Assembly: GCA_036172245.1 (NCBI GenBank)
Contig: JAYWIR010000048.1
Span: 1,240,001-1,304,000, forward strand
Length of the DNA: 64,000 nucleotides
Direction: 5' to 3'
Origin: Raillietiella orientalis
Lineage: Eukaryota
A program made the position numbers and the translations under genes. Below are positions 36,034 to 49,034 of the stretch, in pieces. Below the pieces are notes generated by a model that was not told the origin of the DNA, made no database searches, and worked only from the letters and a program-made list of their open reading frames with translations. Each line of letters begins with the position of its first letter. Position 1 is the first letter of the stretch.

Positions 36034-37398
36034 CTTATTAATTTTCTTGATGAAATGGATGTCACTGAATCTTAATAAACGCATCTGTTCCAATAACATC
36101 CGTGCTAATAGTAAATATGCAAATAAATAGCTGTGCATATGAAAATAAATAAATTCGTGTACGGATCCACGTAGGACGTGCGCGTTTACTTCTCACGAGC
36201 TTTTGGGACTTTGATCGGCAGCGGCTCCGAGGACCTCACGCACACCCACCGCCTCCGCCGGAGGTCTCGGGGCTCTCCAGGGCGAGGGCGAAGGGAAAGG
36301 GATGGAGGGAAAGTAGCCTTGGAGCTCTCCCTTTCCCTGCCTGAGCGGGAGGATCGCGCCCTCCAAGGAACGAAGCAGCGCGGCAGTGGGACGAGGCGGC
36401 GGAGCAGCAGGGAATCCCCTTTCTGGAAGCGCAGGTGTTCCCGAACGCGATCGTGGCGTGCCATTCGCACTCGAGGAATGGGCGCGCGCGCGGAAGGAGG
36501 GGGGGAGGGAGAGACCGCTGATAATAGGGAGGGGACGGAAGCCGGAAGAGCGCTTCCTGCCGCAGGCTCACGGCGCTTCCTCCCCCCTCCCTCTTCCGGA
36601 AGGGAGGGGCGGGGCGTCCTGACCGAGCGTGCCTGCCAGCTTCCCCTTTTCGTCCCGCAGGAGAGCCTCCGACGTTCCATGGAGAGCAGCCTGAACACCT
36701 TCAAGGAGAGCGCCCGGTCGACCCCCCACCTGACCAAGGCGCGGCAGATCTGCCGACGAAAGTTCCACCACCCGGACGAGGACGACGACGAGTACACGGG
36801 GTGCTACGCGGCCGGCACGACCTTCCGGAGCATCCTGGACTCCGCCCTGTTCCTCAAGGAGCGGAACGACTCCCCCAGCCACCAGTCGTTCCACTCCTCC
36901 GTGGTCCCCTCCGCGGAGATGGCCGACAGCTGCGTCCAGACCAGGGACACTTTCCTCAACGACCCGAGCAGCCAGGAGTCCATCCGGAGCGCCGGCGGCG
37001 GCGCCGACGACGACTCACCCCCGCAGCGGCGGCGACCTGCCTTCGGGAGTTCCGTCTCGTACTTCTTCGTGCCGTTCAGCGGGGAAGGGGAGGAGCCGCC
37101 CCTCCCCGCGCGCCCGGCCCCCCGCCGGCGGTCCGCGTTCCCGGAGGAGGAAGAGGAGGGGGGGGAGGCGCCGAGCGCACGCTCCGGCCGCCCTCCGAAC
37201 GGACCGCCCGGGAAGAAGCTACGCCACAGCCAGACCTGCCCCCGGATCTTCCAGAGGGATGGGGACAAGAGCCCCTCCCCGGGACAACCGGCGGTTCCCT
37301 GCAGCTTCCGGACGGAAGCCGTCATCGAGTTCATCCGCCGGAGACCCCGGAGCGTCGACTCCACCAGGTCTGCTCCCGGAAAGATGTCCGCGGTGTGA
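18373..37398 (+). CDS. Neto: Neuropilin and tolloid-like protein (Neto; ionotropic glutamate receptor auxiliary subunit): signal peptide, CUB1, CUB2, LDLa, TM, cytoplasmic tail
   Basis: Exons 18373-18436 (MFLNRIYLASVVGTLSILLKS, donor CAG/GTAAGT), 24589-24768 (EFYSPDYPNRYPSNANC), 25440-25694 ([24 protein letters not shown]), 26265-26425, 29237-29474 (RPNDCEVNFIEVF), 31012-31124 (LDLa FDCEDETCIHVSLLCNGFYNCKNRKDEEKC), 32556-32699 (TM IIGILIVCCLLMGGMIFIFFY), 36661-37398. All intron phases are compatible. The first exon is the least certain. Confidence 0.92.
19539..19907. repeat. 112-bp tandem repeat (~3.3 copies) inside an alternating purine-pyrimidine tract (~19420-20060)
   Basis: CTATGCAATGTATGTGTGTTGTACGTG recurs at 19539, 19651, 19763 and 19875. 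Confidence 0.95.
25029..25290. repeat. ~50-bp degenerate GC-rich minisatellite in Neto intron 2
   Basis: GACCCYGCCNCCTGA...CACGCGCGCCACCGGT-like units start at ~25029, 25085, 25132, 25182 and 25231. Confidence 0.8.
26727..26856. repeat. Low-complexity polypurine (GA-rich) tract
   Basis: About 130 nt of almost exclusively G/A (GGAGGA/GAAGA units). Confidence 0.9.
28045..28385. repeat. Low-complexity polypyrimidine (CT-rich) tract
   Basis: About 340 nt of almost exclusively C/T. Confidence 0.95.
29605..29654. repeat. (CA)n microsatellite
   Basis: Uninterrupted CA run. Confidence 0.98.
31905..32140. repeat. Degenerate ~23-bp tandem repeat (CTCCTTAGTAATGYCTTCGT-like)
   Basis: Repeated CCT(T/A)(A/G)TAATG...TCGT units; a related short copy lies at ~30283-30345. 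Confidence 0.7.
35420..36230. repeat. Long imperfect inverted repeat (foldback) in the last Neto intron
   Basis: 35433-35451 pairs with 36200-36218 (17/19); 35483-35494 with 36134-36145 (12/12); 35546-35591 with 36031-36075 (extensive, imperfect). Confidence 0.85.
35990..36032. repeat. (CA)n microsatellite
   Basis: Uninterrupted CA run. Confidence 0.98.
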
Positions 37399-40300
37399 TG
37401 ATGATCGCCCTCCGGCGGCGGCTGCAGCGGCGGCCGCGTCTTTTCGGAAGGGGGGCCAAAAAGCAAACAGAAAAAAAAAACAAAGAGCAAAGAACAACAA
37501 CAAAAAAATGGCAGGATTCTTGCCCCGAGGGGCGTCCCTCGCGGCGTTGGAGCTTCGTGCGCTCACGTGACTTCCGAACAGAGCAGCAGCAATAATAAAT
37601 CGGAAGAGCGGAAGGGGTGTGTTCCTTGGAAGGACGCGTCCAGGAACGAGTTCATCGCTCCACGCAGCTGAGGAACCTTCCTCGCGCGGAGACGTGTCGG
37701 ACGCGGAGGAGGAGGTCAGCGGCAGGCGGAAGGAAGAAGCAGGCTGGAGTGCGCTTCGTCTGGTCGGCAGCAAGGGTCAGACGGATTCGGTGTCTCTCCC
37801 TTCCCTCGAGAGAGGCGGGAGAGAGGGAGGAAATCGCCAGTCGCTTTCCTCTCCCCCCTCCGCATCTCAGCGTGCCATGGACTTGACCGTCATCTCCTGT
37901 TCCTCCCCTTCCCCCCCCCCCCCCGACTCTGTGAGATCGCATGTGACATCCGTGCACGCGTGGGGAAGTGACGATGCGGTGACCTCGAACCCGGCTCGGC
38001 CCGCGCTGACTTCGAGTCATCTCTTCGCGGAAGACTAGTCGTCCCGTGTAGGATTCCGGAATGCGCGAGCGCCTCCGCTCGTGCGAAGCCGATGCTGTGG
38101 CAAGATGGTCCGATCTTCCAGATACACGCATCTCTCGACGGCTCCAGCCTCCGGGATCGCGCTCTTTGATTTTTTTTTCTTTTTCTTCCCCTCTGCCGCA
38201 CAGCGTCGACGACGTTCCACAAATGCGGTGACTTCTTGTGACTTGGGAACGCTACGCAGACAGCATTTGATGCTGAGGATGCTGAGGCATCGTGATCCTC
38301 CGATCTCCAAGGCGGGCAGGAGCTTCGGAAAACACGGAACATTTCCAAAGAAATTTTCTTCTGGAGCTCACAAGCTGCGTCCTCGAGGGAACAGAAACCG
38401 ATGGGATGGCAGCTGCATTTTCGCCCGACCGCTCACTCCAAGCAGACAGGCTCGATGAAGCTGCAGAGACGGAATGGACAGCCGCCCACGAACTAAGCCT
38501 TCCCGCGGTGAGGCTGCATGGCGCGACGAATAGATACTTCCGCAAATGGAGTTGCACATCAGCTGCGGAGAATGGGTGAGCTCACGCCATCACATTCTTC
38601 GGAATCAGATCGGTAAATCGCCATCCACGAACGCCCACACCACGTCAAACATGTTGAACTCGAGGGGCGTGGTTCAGAATGCCCCTTAAGGTCACGAGCG
38701 TGTTCGAAGACAGCTGCGGTCTCTCATCAACGCTCAGCGTGGATTTGTGGTTGCTCTTCTTCCTGTGAAATAGAACTTCTTCGGCAGTGGCACGGACCTC
38801 TGCAAGGCAGACTGTCCGAGCCTTCTTCTTTGCTCTAAAGAACAGAAATGGAAGCATGGGTGCCAGGGGAAAGCAAGTGCGGCAGCGAAGCAGGTTTCCC
38901 TTCGTAAGAGCAAGCGTTTTTCCGCCCTCGGCACGGGAGCAGAGAATGAGGAAAAGCAGTAAATCGTTCCTGTCAAATATTTTCACGTGCAAAAATCAGA
39001 ATCAAAATGTTCTCCTGCTCCCTAGGTGAGGAAAACTACTCAACGGAACTGCAGACGACCGAAGCCAAGCCAAGCATCCTGAACGAAGATGAAAAGAGTT
39101 GGGAGTTTGCTCGCGATCATACGAAAGTTCTCCATCCAGAAATTTCATCTTCGCTCACTATCTACACGAAATTTATCCAAAAGTTTCGCTTCAATTTGGT
39201 TTCATTAGCCGGCATGGAATTTGGTCGGATTTTTCTGTGAAACTTCAGAATCAGTCATTAGACATACGGGATTTTGCCTCTGACAGTTAAAAAAAAAAAA
39301 AAAAACTTGTTGTGTTCCTCAAAGGAACGGCCAAGTTTTTTAAGCACAGCTGCTTCCTAGAGACGCCTCTTCCCGCCATGGGAGCCGGTGAGCGCGTCAG
39401 GCGACACCGAACTCTCCAGGAAATTCCCCTTGTGGCTGCTTACATTTTCTCTTCTTTTTGCCCCCTACTTCGAAATTGCGCTCACAGAACTTGAACTCGA
39501 GTTGGTAGTAAGTTCTGATGATCGGAAAGCCGATGACCAGTTCTAAAAACGTTCCAGTAGTTCATTCTAAAAACATTCTAGCAGAAGCAGGCGCAGCAGC
39601 AACACTCTGCTGGTTCCGGAAACGGAAGGATGGGGTACCTGGTGGTTTAGTAGGGCGGCACCAAGGAGAACAGTTGGATGTGCAAGGAGCAACGAAGTGG
39701 GAGACGTTGTCCAGATGTGTTCTCTGTGATGGCGTTTGCTGGTCAGCGACTGTTCATCGTTCCGAAAACTCTGCTCCACGCGCTGCAGCTTCATGTGTGG
39801 AAGCTGCGGGGCCGATCTTTACTGATCTTAAGGAGCCATGCTGTTTAAGGTTTGTTTCTGTTTTTAGTCTGTCAAACATGCCAAAAACCAAAAAAAAAAA
39901 AAAAAGAAAAGAAGACAGAAAAAAACATCCTGTGGATGTCCAAGGAAGCATGGTTTCCTTATCAGTAATTTTATTAAAATGATTCAATAAACATAATTTT
40001 TAGCCCTCTCCTCCAATAAAGAAATGCACTCAGATGTGAAGAAAACCTTGGTTTGTTTTATTGTGTTACCTATTTATTTTCCTTATAAGAAAAGAGAAAT
40101 CATTAAAGAGAGAAATCACTATTCAGGGCTTTCATTTTTACTGCATTTATAAAAAATCTCAAATACATTGCTGCATAGATGGGAACAACATTAAGTAATG
40201 GGGACTTCGGGATCGATATCCTCGAATGAAAAATATTATACTAAAGCAAAACGTGCGAAAAGCAAGGAGAAAATCAATGGCAGATGGCCATTTTTTGAAG

Positions 40301-41711
40301 ACTTAAATGACGAAAGCATTCGTTCGATTGAATTTCCGATGCAAAGGGGGATAAAAGAGTAACCCAAGATTTGCAAGATTTCCATCCTTAGCAGTTTATT
40401 CTGTCGGTTCATCCTTATCTATCTTATCGAAGAGCTCCGTGAGATGCTTCGTTGGTCTGCAACCTTCGCAATCTCTCATTTTCAGTTTGAGTGCATCAAT
40501 CAAGCAAAAAATGGTGCGTCTATTCGACTTCGTCTGAAGCAAACGTTTGGGAAAATGGCCGATTGAAGAAGCGGATGTTAATTAATCGCCCCTTCGCAAT
40601 CATTCCGGGGATCAACCGTCTCCCGAACAGAAGTGCCACTCATTTTGAGAGATTACGTACAAACCCAGCAAATTGAGAAATGTCGCAACTTCAGAAAGAC
40701 CTCTTTGTCTAGGAACGCCGACGAACTCCAGCTTGCAGGACTTTCCAGCTTTTGCTTCCCTGAAGGAAGGAGGGGAGCAAACAATGCAGGAACGACATGG
40801 TTTCTCGTCGACCCATCGTGTGTGTGTGTTTTTGTTTCTTCTTTCCCCTGCATGAATTATTAAATTCATTGGAGCCATGGGTGGCACACGTCTCTGGAAC
40901 TGATTCCTTCCCCAGCGTTCCTGCGACAGTGTGATGTGTGAGAAAGCACAGCTCATCGATTCAAATTCCGGTATCTGATTACTTGCAAACTCGGTGGATT
41001 ACGATTGTAATAATTGCTGGTCACCTATTAGAACGGGCACGAATGCTTCCTCGCGTGTTGCCAGGCTTCTAGTTTGTAGGCTGCGTCTTGAAACTAAACA
41101 CATACACACTTGGTGTAAAATAATAGATTTAGAAAGGTTTTTCCCTTTTCCATCTTTTCTTTTTTGGAAAAAAAAAAAAAAATGAGGAATAAAAACACAC
41201 ACACACACAAAAAAAAGGAAAAAGATGACACGTGCATCGTGGTAAGTAAGAATCCTCGGCCAAATGCACATTCCAACGCAGCTGCCTTCTGCGCACTTGC
41301 AGCCCTGCGCGGTGCGTTGCTCCAGGTAGCCCCACGGGAGGCCGTCCCCAGCCGCCAGTCCGGTCGCGGTGGACACCAAGGATTTTTCCGTCCGTTCGGA
41401 TGTGTGTTTTTTTTGGGGGGGGTTTTTTCTTTCCCCCCCCCTCCCCCTCCCGCCTCCCTCTCTCTCCCTCTCCCGTACGGAACCTCCATTGATGTGCACA
41501 ACGCAAGTACGCGTCGTGCACACCCTACGTGGGAGACACCTCATGGATCTGCAGAGCTCCGATGCCCCTCGGCTGGGTGAGGCGCAGCCTGTGGGCCGCG
41601 GTGTTTACACGTGAAGGAGCTGGCGTGGGCTGTGTGCCATCACCCTATGGGGCCCGTGGGGAAGCGGATGCCCGTCGTCAGGAACCCAGAACGTGAGCGA
41701 GTTTACGAACA

Positions 41712-44700
41712 ATGAATTGGCACGATGGGAAAATAGCTGGACTTTACGACCTGGAAGAAACGCTTGGGAAAGGACATTATGCGACTGTGAAGGTTGCCCG
41801 ACATGTATTCACAGAGGAAAAAGTTGCCATAAAGGTTATCGACAAAACAAAATTGGACGAAATATCCCGCAAGCATCTTTCCCAAGAAGTTTGTTACATG
41901 AAGCTGGTTCAGCATCCAAATATAGTGAAACTGTATGAAGTGATTGATACCGAAACCAAACTGTACCTGGTTTTAGAACTTGGTGATGGTGGTGACATGT
42001 ATGATTACATAAGCAGGCATGAACATGGATTACCTGAAAGCACCGTAAAGAAATATTTTTGTCAGATTTTGCAAGGTATTTCTTATTGCCATAAGTTACA
42101 TGTGGTTCATAGAGACTTGAAGCCAGAAAATATTATATTCTTTGAAAATTCATCAGTGGTGAAATTAACAGATTTTGGATTTAGCAATAAGTTTTTCCCC
42201 GGTGAAAAATTAGAAACATCATGTGGTTCCCTAGCATATTCTGCTCCGGAAATTCTGCTTGGTGATTCATATGATGCACCAGCTGTGGGTGAGTTGCATT
42301 TCATTTTTGTATGTGGATGCTGTATGTTTCTAATTTCCATCTTGCAAAACGTGATCCAGTTGCCAACATATGAACTTTTTTGGAGCTTTTCAGAAAAGTG
42401 CCATGAAAATCTTGTTTGGAGACATTTTATGGAAAGAATGTTTTCATGCTTTGCAGTTTTCCATTATTTTAATCTGTTAGGTAGTTAGGGGATGTGATGC
42501 AAAGTTTGGGACAAAATTCAAAGTTAGCTTTACTTAAAAAAAATATGATTTGTTTGCTGCTTCCCAAACGTTTATTGTTTTTTGTAGGATTATGCATATG
42601 TCCGATTTTAAGAACAATAAAATTTGTAGTGATTATTGCCAATGCCAAGAATTGAAGTCATCGCTCGCAAGGATTGGGATGAAAAGTCGTTAAAATCTCA
42701 TTCACAATATAAAGTTTTCCCATTTTGGTCGTAAAACGATGAAGTTGAATCAACTTCAGAACCATTCAAAAATTCTTTGCACAGTAAAAAAAACTAATGG
42801 AAATGATGTGGGATTTTCATTTGCAATTACTTAGGGATATCTTGTAGATTATTTGCTATGTTTTTCATTTTTTGCTATCTCTTTCTCCCATTTTCGTTCA
42901 TTCTATTTGAATTCGTATTGATGTTGACAGATGTTTGAAGTAGTGTGCACGAAAGTGGTTCACAAATTGTGGTATTGGTCGTCAGCATAATTTCTTGCCA
43001 TATGAAATGTACCCTCTGGAGCATAAATGTGCCCAATGAAATTCTTAGAGTCATGTTTCGATGATGGTGCCAATCAAATATTTTTTGAGTGTAGAGTAAT
43101 TTTTCTGTGTTTTACTTGCAGATGTAGTTTGCGTGGCATTTACAGCTTGCATTTTGGGGGTGCTATTTAATCTGTTTAATTCTGAAATGGATCTTCTTAT
43201 ATTGTTGAAACTGGAAACTTGAAAAATCCTGGAAATATGTGGGATGCAAGTTTTTATCTTGCAAATGTACCAGCATATCTGTAGAGATCACTAAACTTTT
43301 TTTCTCCTCAAAAAATGTGGAATTGTAGATGTGTGGTCTCTTGGTGTCCTGCTATATATGCTTGTTTGTGGACGAACCCCATTTGCAGAAGCTAGCCACA
43401 GTGAGATGCTTACTCGTATTCTTGACTGCAGCTACAAAATTCCTTCCAAGGTTTCAAAATTATGTAAAAGGTAAATGATCGAATTTGGAATATAAATCCT
43501 GTATAATCAATTCTATGTAGGCTTATAAAAAGAATGTTGACTAAAAATGCAGGGGAAAGAGCCAGCTTACAAGAAGTAATTAACCATCCCTGGATTCAAA
43601 AAGAGTTTATTTTTTCAGAAACTGATTATTTACCTTTAGTATCTCGCTCTCATCTTTCTGAAGATGATCAGCAAGATATTTTGAATAAAATGGTGACAGG
43701 AGGACTGGGACAAAAAGAGGAGATTTTAGAGTAATGCGAAACATTTTCAGATAAATTTCTTTATTTCTGTGCTTCCAGGGCATTAAACCAGGATGCTTAT
43801 AATCATTTAACAGCTACCTTTTATCTTTTGACAGAAAGGAGACTCCGAGATTTGTATATGCATCAACTTAATCAAAATCCAGAGGAAGAATCAGAAGCTC
43901 AACCAGCATCTTGCACACAGTAAGACCTGTTCATGTATGTGTAAATTATATGTGCACCTATTTAGTTCCATAAAATCTACGAATTTTGTTTCATCACTGG
44001 AGCCACAGTATTCAAAACATGATTCAAGTCATGCATCTGATGCTTGCCGTCCTGGTAATATGTCTCATGCTATAGCAGTGCCTAAAGGAGCAGATCTTGC
44101 CATCTGTGTTACTCCACTATCTACATCTTTGAGTTCAGCATCTAATTCACCAACTTCTCCAAATAACAGCACCTTATTTCTGGGTCAACTATTGAGAAAC
44201 TGGCAGCTTCCTTGTGTTCATCATCTTAACACAGTGAAAAGTTCTCCTCATTTATGTTTGAAAGAAATTGAAGAGGAGGAAGAAGAAATGGATGAGTTCG
44301 ATATACCTATTCAGTCAACAAATATGTTAGGTTGTCCAGCATCAACAATGTTGCAGCATTCTAAACAGCTATGTGGCTATAATCATAATGTTGGTGGCAG
44401 CAACTCAGATGCTAGTGATGATGACAATTTCTCAGAGATGCATACTGAGAAACACAAAAATATAGCATGTGAAACTCCTGTTCAGCAAATGAGTGGCATA
44501 GGTGTTATAAATACCCAGAAACCACGGGATTTGGATTCGATATTTGCCTGCAAATGTGCAGTTACGGTTAATGACAAACTTTATTCTGAAAGTGAGCTCT
44601 TAAAAAAATCTTCCAATAATTCAGTTGGAGTAACTGAGTGTAATTCAGCTGATATAAACATGGCAGCAAAGCCAGTCAAGGTTCCTTTAAAACCTTTGGA

Positions 44701-44944
44701 ATCGCATAATGCACCTTTCTCCTTAGTGTCTCCTACACTAACAGAAAGTACCCATGAGAAACAAACATCTTGTGAAAATAAGAAATTTTTGAGTTTCAGA
44801 AAACCAGAAACAGTGTTCCCCAAGAAAAATAGTAGATTATCTAGTAGTAACATCAAGCGTTTGTGTTCTGCTCTTCATTGTTATTGTGAAACACATTTAG
44901 TGAGTTTGCTTTCAAAAAGAGGACCAGCAATGGATGTTACTTGA
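41712..44944 (+). CDS. SNRK: SNF-related serine/threonine kinase (AMPK-related kinase with UBA domain)
   Basis: Exons 41712-42288, 43329-43470, 43521-43730, 43779-43919, 43966-44944. N-terminus [42 protein letters not shown]; activation loop [35 protein letters not shown]-like [11 protein letters not shown]. Confidence 0.96.
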
Positions 44945-46389
44945 AATTTAAAAGTTTTGTTCAACATGAGTTTCTCATCAGTATCCCAAAGCAAGAATAT
45001 TTGGCAATAAACTAAGCATACAGCAGCCTTTAGTATTCAAATAGTTGTTTAGGGATGAAGTGCATAGTTTTTGTTACTGTTCACAGATTTCATGTGAAAT
45101 TTTTGTAAAATGCGTATCATCTAGAGGTGGGAATATAGAAAGTAATGTTTCATAAGTTATTCATTAAAAAAGTTTTCAAGAAACTGTTTTATTTGTTGGT
45201 GTTTTCTTCATCTTATGGGGAGGGAGCTTATTTCCAGCAGTGATATACAATATTATGTTGCAATTAGCTTCTGCAGTCATATAACCTAGAATCTGAAGTC
45301 TTTACTATAAGTATGTAATCCAAAGTTGCTGGTATTTGCAAGACAATAAATTTTTTGTCATTGGTGAAAGGCAGCCTAAACTGATTGCAAAAGGGTATTC
45401 TGAATTACACAAATCCTTTGGTGGACAAATTTAAATGAATGAAATGAATGTAACTAGGTATAATCATGGAGTTACCATGTTGACAGTCAGTTAAACACAT
45501 GGAAGAATTCAACACAGATCAAGAACAGCAAAATGGTAGCTGTCAAGAGGAAAAAGTTAAGTCAAATCACTATATATTATCCCAGCAGTTTGCAAGAATT
45601 CTCTCAGGAAACAATTTAACTGCTATTCAGAATATCAAGAATGTATTTAGGTAGTTAAGAATCTCAGAAAACAATCTGAGTTTTCCTTAATCTGCCTTGT
45701 AGAAATAACAATAACAGCTTAAGTATATTAAGGGTCACATAATTTGAGAACTTGTTGTTTCCAAGAATAAGCTGAACTAATATATTTGATATGTGTCTGC
45801 ATTACTCGACATACTAATTTCAGATTTCAAGTAATATTCAACAAGTGTTATTTGAAATCTGCAATGATGATTACTTCTTTACAGCTAAACTGCGAAATTA
45901 TCTTATTCATTTATCTACTATAGGTATAAAATAAAGTTCTTAAGTTTCCAGGGACAAGAAAATTCAGCGCCCGAGGTACATCAAAAGTTTCTTTCACTGC
46001 ACAGAAAGAAACATTTGGTCAGGGAAGTGCTGAAATCCATTACCAAAAAATTCACACAATGTCGAAATTTTAGCTTTGCAATTGATGTATATGAAAGATC
46101 GGAAAGTCCTGAATTACATTCATCCCCTACTATTCGAGAACGCTGACATTTAAAAAAAATTACGAAAATTCTTTCCAAAATTTCAGGGTCTTGTAGGCAA
46201 CGCTACAGTTGTAAGGTCGAAGTAATTTCGGAATAGAAATGGACATGTTGCATATTTCGTTTTATGTCGAACTAATGAAACTTAATGCCAATTGATAATG
46301 TTCATTTCTACTACTTTATGATTTCGGGACGTTAAGGCGTTATAGCACTCAACATTCAAACGTGAAAGCAATACAAATCACGTCAAATC

Positions 46390-47970
46390 GGAAGCTTTTA
46401 CGGTTTAAGGGATATTTATCAAAACATAGGGCCAAGCTTCATATTTCATTGCAAACGTGCACCTACTTTGCAGTTTTGAAATACACTGATTTTCATGGCA
46501 TCCTGCTGACTGAAAACCTACACTTTGCAATCATGTTTTATTTTAAAATCGCTCTTTGGGAACGTGCTTTTAGTTCTCACACATGTAAAGAGGATTGAAA
46601 GGAAGATCTACATTTTTATAACCATTCTGATGCTCTACAAATGGTAACTGTTTCCCACATTCTGTGTTTCTTCATCCACAGGATCCACTACTATTTCCAT
46701 TTTTTACGTAAGTTCACGCGCAAATTCAGACGTGGCAAGTTCTAATTTATTTATTTTTTCCAATTTATTGCATTATTGAAAACATATGCTCACATTTAAA
46801 CTCCATTAATATAAAAATCATTTTAAATTAATGTGGAGATTAACAAAATATGTAGTAAACATTTTAGCACCATCCTAATTGAGCACAATACAATTGTGAT
46901 TATAAAAGCGAATATGCACTATCATCCGTCAGATTAAAGGGTGACAATAAAAGTCGAAATTGCTTTTGAAACTTTTTGCTTTCTGGTTGTTTGATCTCAT
47001 CAAAACCCATTGGGACTTAAACGGAAGTATTTGAGTTTGAAATTCAAGAAAAGGATAATGTGCTTATGTGGCTACAAAAACTGAAAGCATCCAGAGACAG
47101 TTTACAAATACTCGATGATGATTAATAGTTTGTTAGAAATAAGAAACTCGATCATTTAGCAAGTTTATTATCGATAAGTTTATTTAGAAATTTTACCTTA
47201 ATTTATTTAATCTTATTCAAAATTGAAATGCACATCTTCTAGAGAAACAAAACGAAGTGACATAAGGAAATATGCTGCATAAGTATCGGGGAAATACCTT
47301 GACAGAATTTTAACCAAGGATTTTAAGCCAACAACAGTGAAAGATGTTGTGGAGCACTTCAAACGCAAATCATCCCGAATATGTAAATTAGGCCTGGGAA
47401 AAAACAAATGAACACAGTAGGCAGTATTTTTATGTGATGATAAGGATTTATTTCCAAGAAACGCCAGGAATTTAAAATAATAAATTGTAGGCCTTTGAAT
47501 TATTGATTGGTGATTGAGATTAGAAAAAAAGTACGTCCCCTTCATCACTTTCGGGCACTTTGAGATTTCGAAAAGACTGCAACATGTTAAGAGCAGATAT
47601 TCATGAACAATGCAACAGATAACTACGGAGAAAAAAATATCTTTTACAATTCATCAATTTCAGCAAACAACGCTTATCGCAACCTACTGGAGGAGAGAAA
47701 AATATCAAACAAGAGCTAGAACTTGCATACTGAAACAGTTGCAAATTATAGAAGAGATTTGTAACGATAGAAATGTCTCAAACAGAACATGACAAAGTCA
47801 GCGTTAAAAATGCGAAGATATCTAATCAAAATCGGATAAATGCAATCTTCTGACACAATAACCGTAAAAGCAAGTTTCTCGCCAAATGTTTTGCAAACTC
47901 TAGAACGTCGAAAGCTAGAACATTAGTGGAATTCACAACAAAGAATCGAGGACTGAACAGTGAAATCTCT
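46390..47970 (+). pseudogene. Probable degraded PH-domain/coiled-coil gene remnant (TBC1D2-like)
   Basis: Collinear fragments interrupted by stops/frameshifts: RFKGYLSK (~46400), LHFYNHSDA (~46610), FEFEIQEKDNVLMWLQKLKASR (~47030-47100) and KNRGLNSEI (~47940). These resemble, from memory, the PH domain and the QNKFLNSEI coiled-coil of TBC1D2. A 38-nt GT-AG intron-like segment lies at ~46644-46681. Confidence 0.35.
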
Positions 47971-49034
47971 TAACAGTTGATTTCTTCACTTTTTGATCTC
48001 TGAAAGCTCCGAACTTCTAGGTTAAACACAATATATTAAATAAAATGAATCTTCTTGCTCAATTTTATTTATTGTTAAAATTGTCCATAGTTACAAAAAT
48101 AATGATCAGAAAGAAGAGTGTTTTGTGCTTAGTAATCATTGGAAGAATGTTCACGATAGAACTCACGGAAATCAGAAGACTAGGAAAAATATCTATTTTG
48201 TAATGAGGCACTCTTCCACAACGCACAGTGAAACTGAAAACCATTAGGACTACATAATATTACGATCACTAATCAACACTAGTTATTCGTTAATTACGCT
48301 TCCTATTGTTCTTAATTCCTCAAAATTACTGTCGACTGTTGAAATTATAAATGAAGGTAAATACAATCAAATACAGAATGAAAAAAGGCTTTGCACACGA
48401 AAAGGTATTGCTGCTATTCTAAAGTATATTTTGTTTTGTGCTTGCCTTGTTTGTCTTGCACATGCAGAGCTGCAGATAAAGCTAGAATAAAGGACCGACT
48501 TAAAAAGTGACTTTGGAAAAGAAAATTATTAGCATAGATTCTGCATTTATAAATATCTTGGTCAGGTTTACTAAGACATATATAAAGAAAGTAGATAAGT
48601 GTGAATATTTCTAGAAAAGAAATAACTAGATTAATGATAAACAGCCATAAGAGAATAAAGTAAAATTTGAGCAAAAATTGGCTTTAGATTCAGGAAATGG
48701 AAAGCTGAGACCGCTTGGTTTTACTTTTGATTTATATCTATTTAAGAAAATTTTTTTTTGCATGGTTAACACTGCATTCACCATTAGCGAGTTTACGGGA
48801 AAAAAACATGTAAATAACATGTGAATTTAGTGACTTAATTTAAATCATGTGCGCATACATGTACGGTATATTCCTATCACCCGAAAAAAAAGTGTGCAGA
48901 TGATTGTGAACCCCGTGGCTGACGGACCGTACTTATGAGCATTGACTATTGGCTTCAGGTTACCGTAGCACGTAAACTGTTAGTACCTTCAGCATTATCT
49001 TTTTAATACGTAAAGAACACAGTACATGAATTAA

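Noticed and set aside
158..39000. Hundreds of long overlapping Arg/Pro/Gly-rich ORFs in the ORF track
   Set aside because: Expected from stop-codon scarcity in high-GC DNA; no recognisable domains, and many lie in introns or antisense to real exons.
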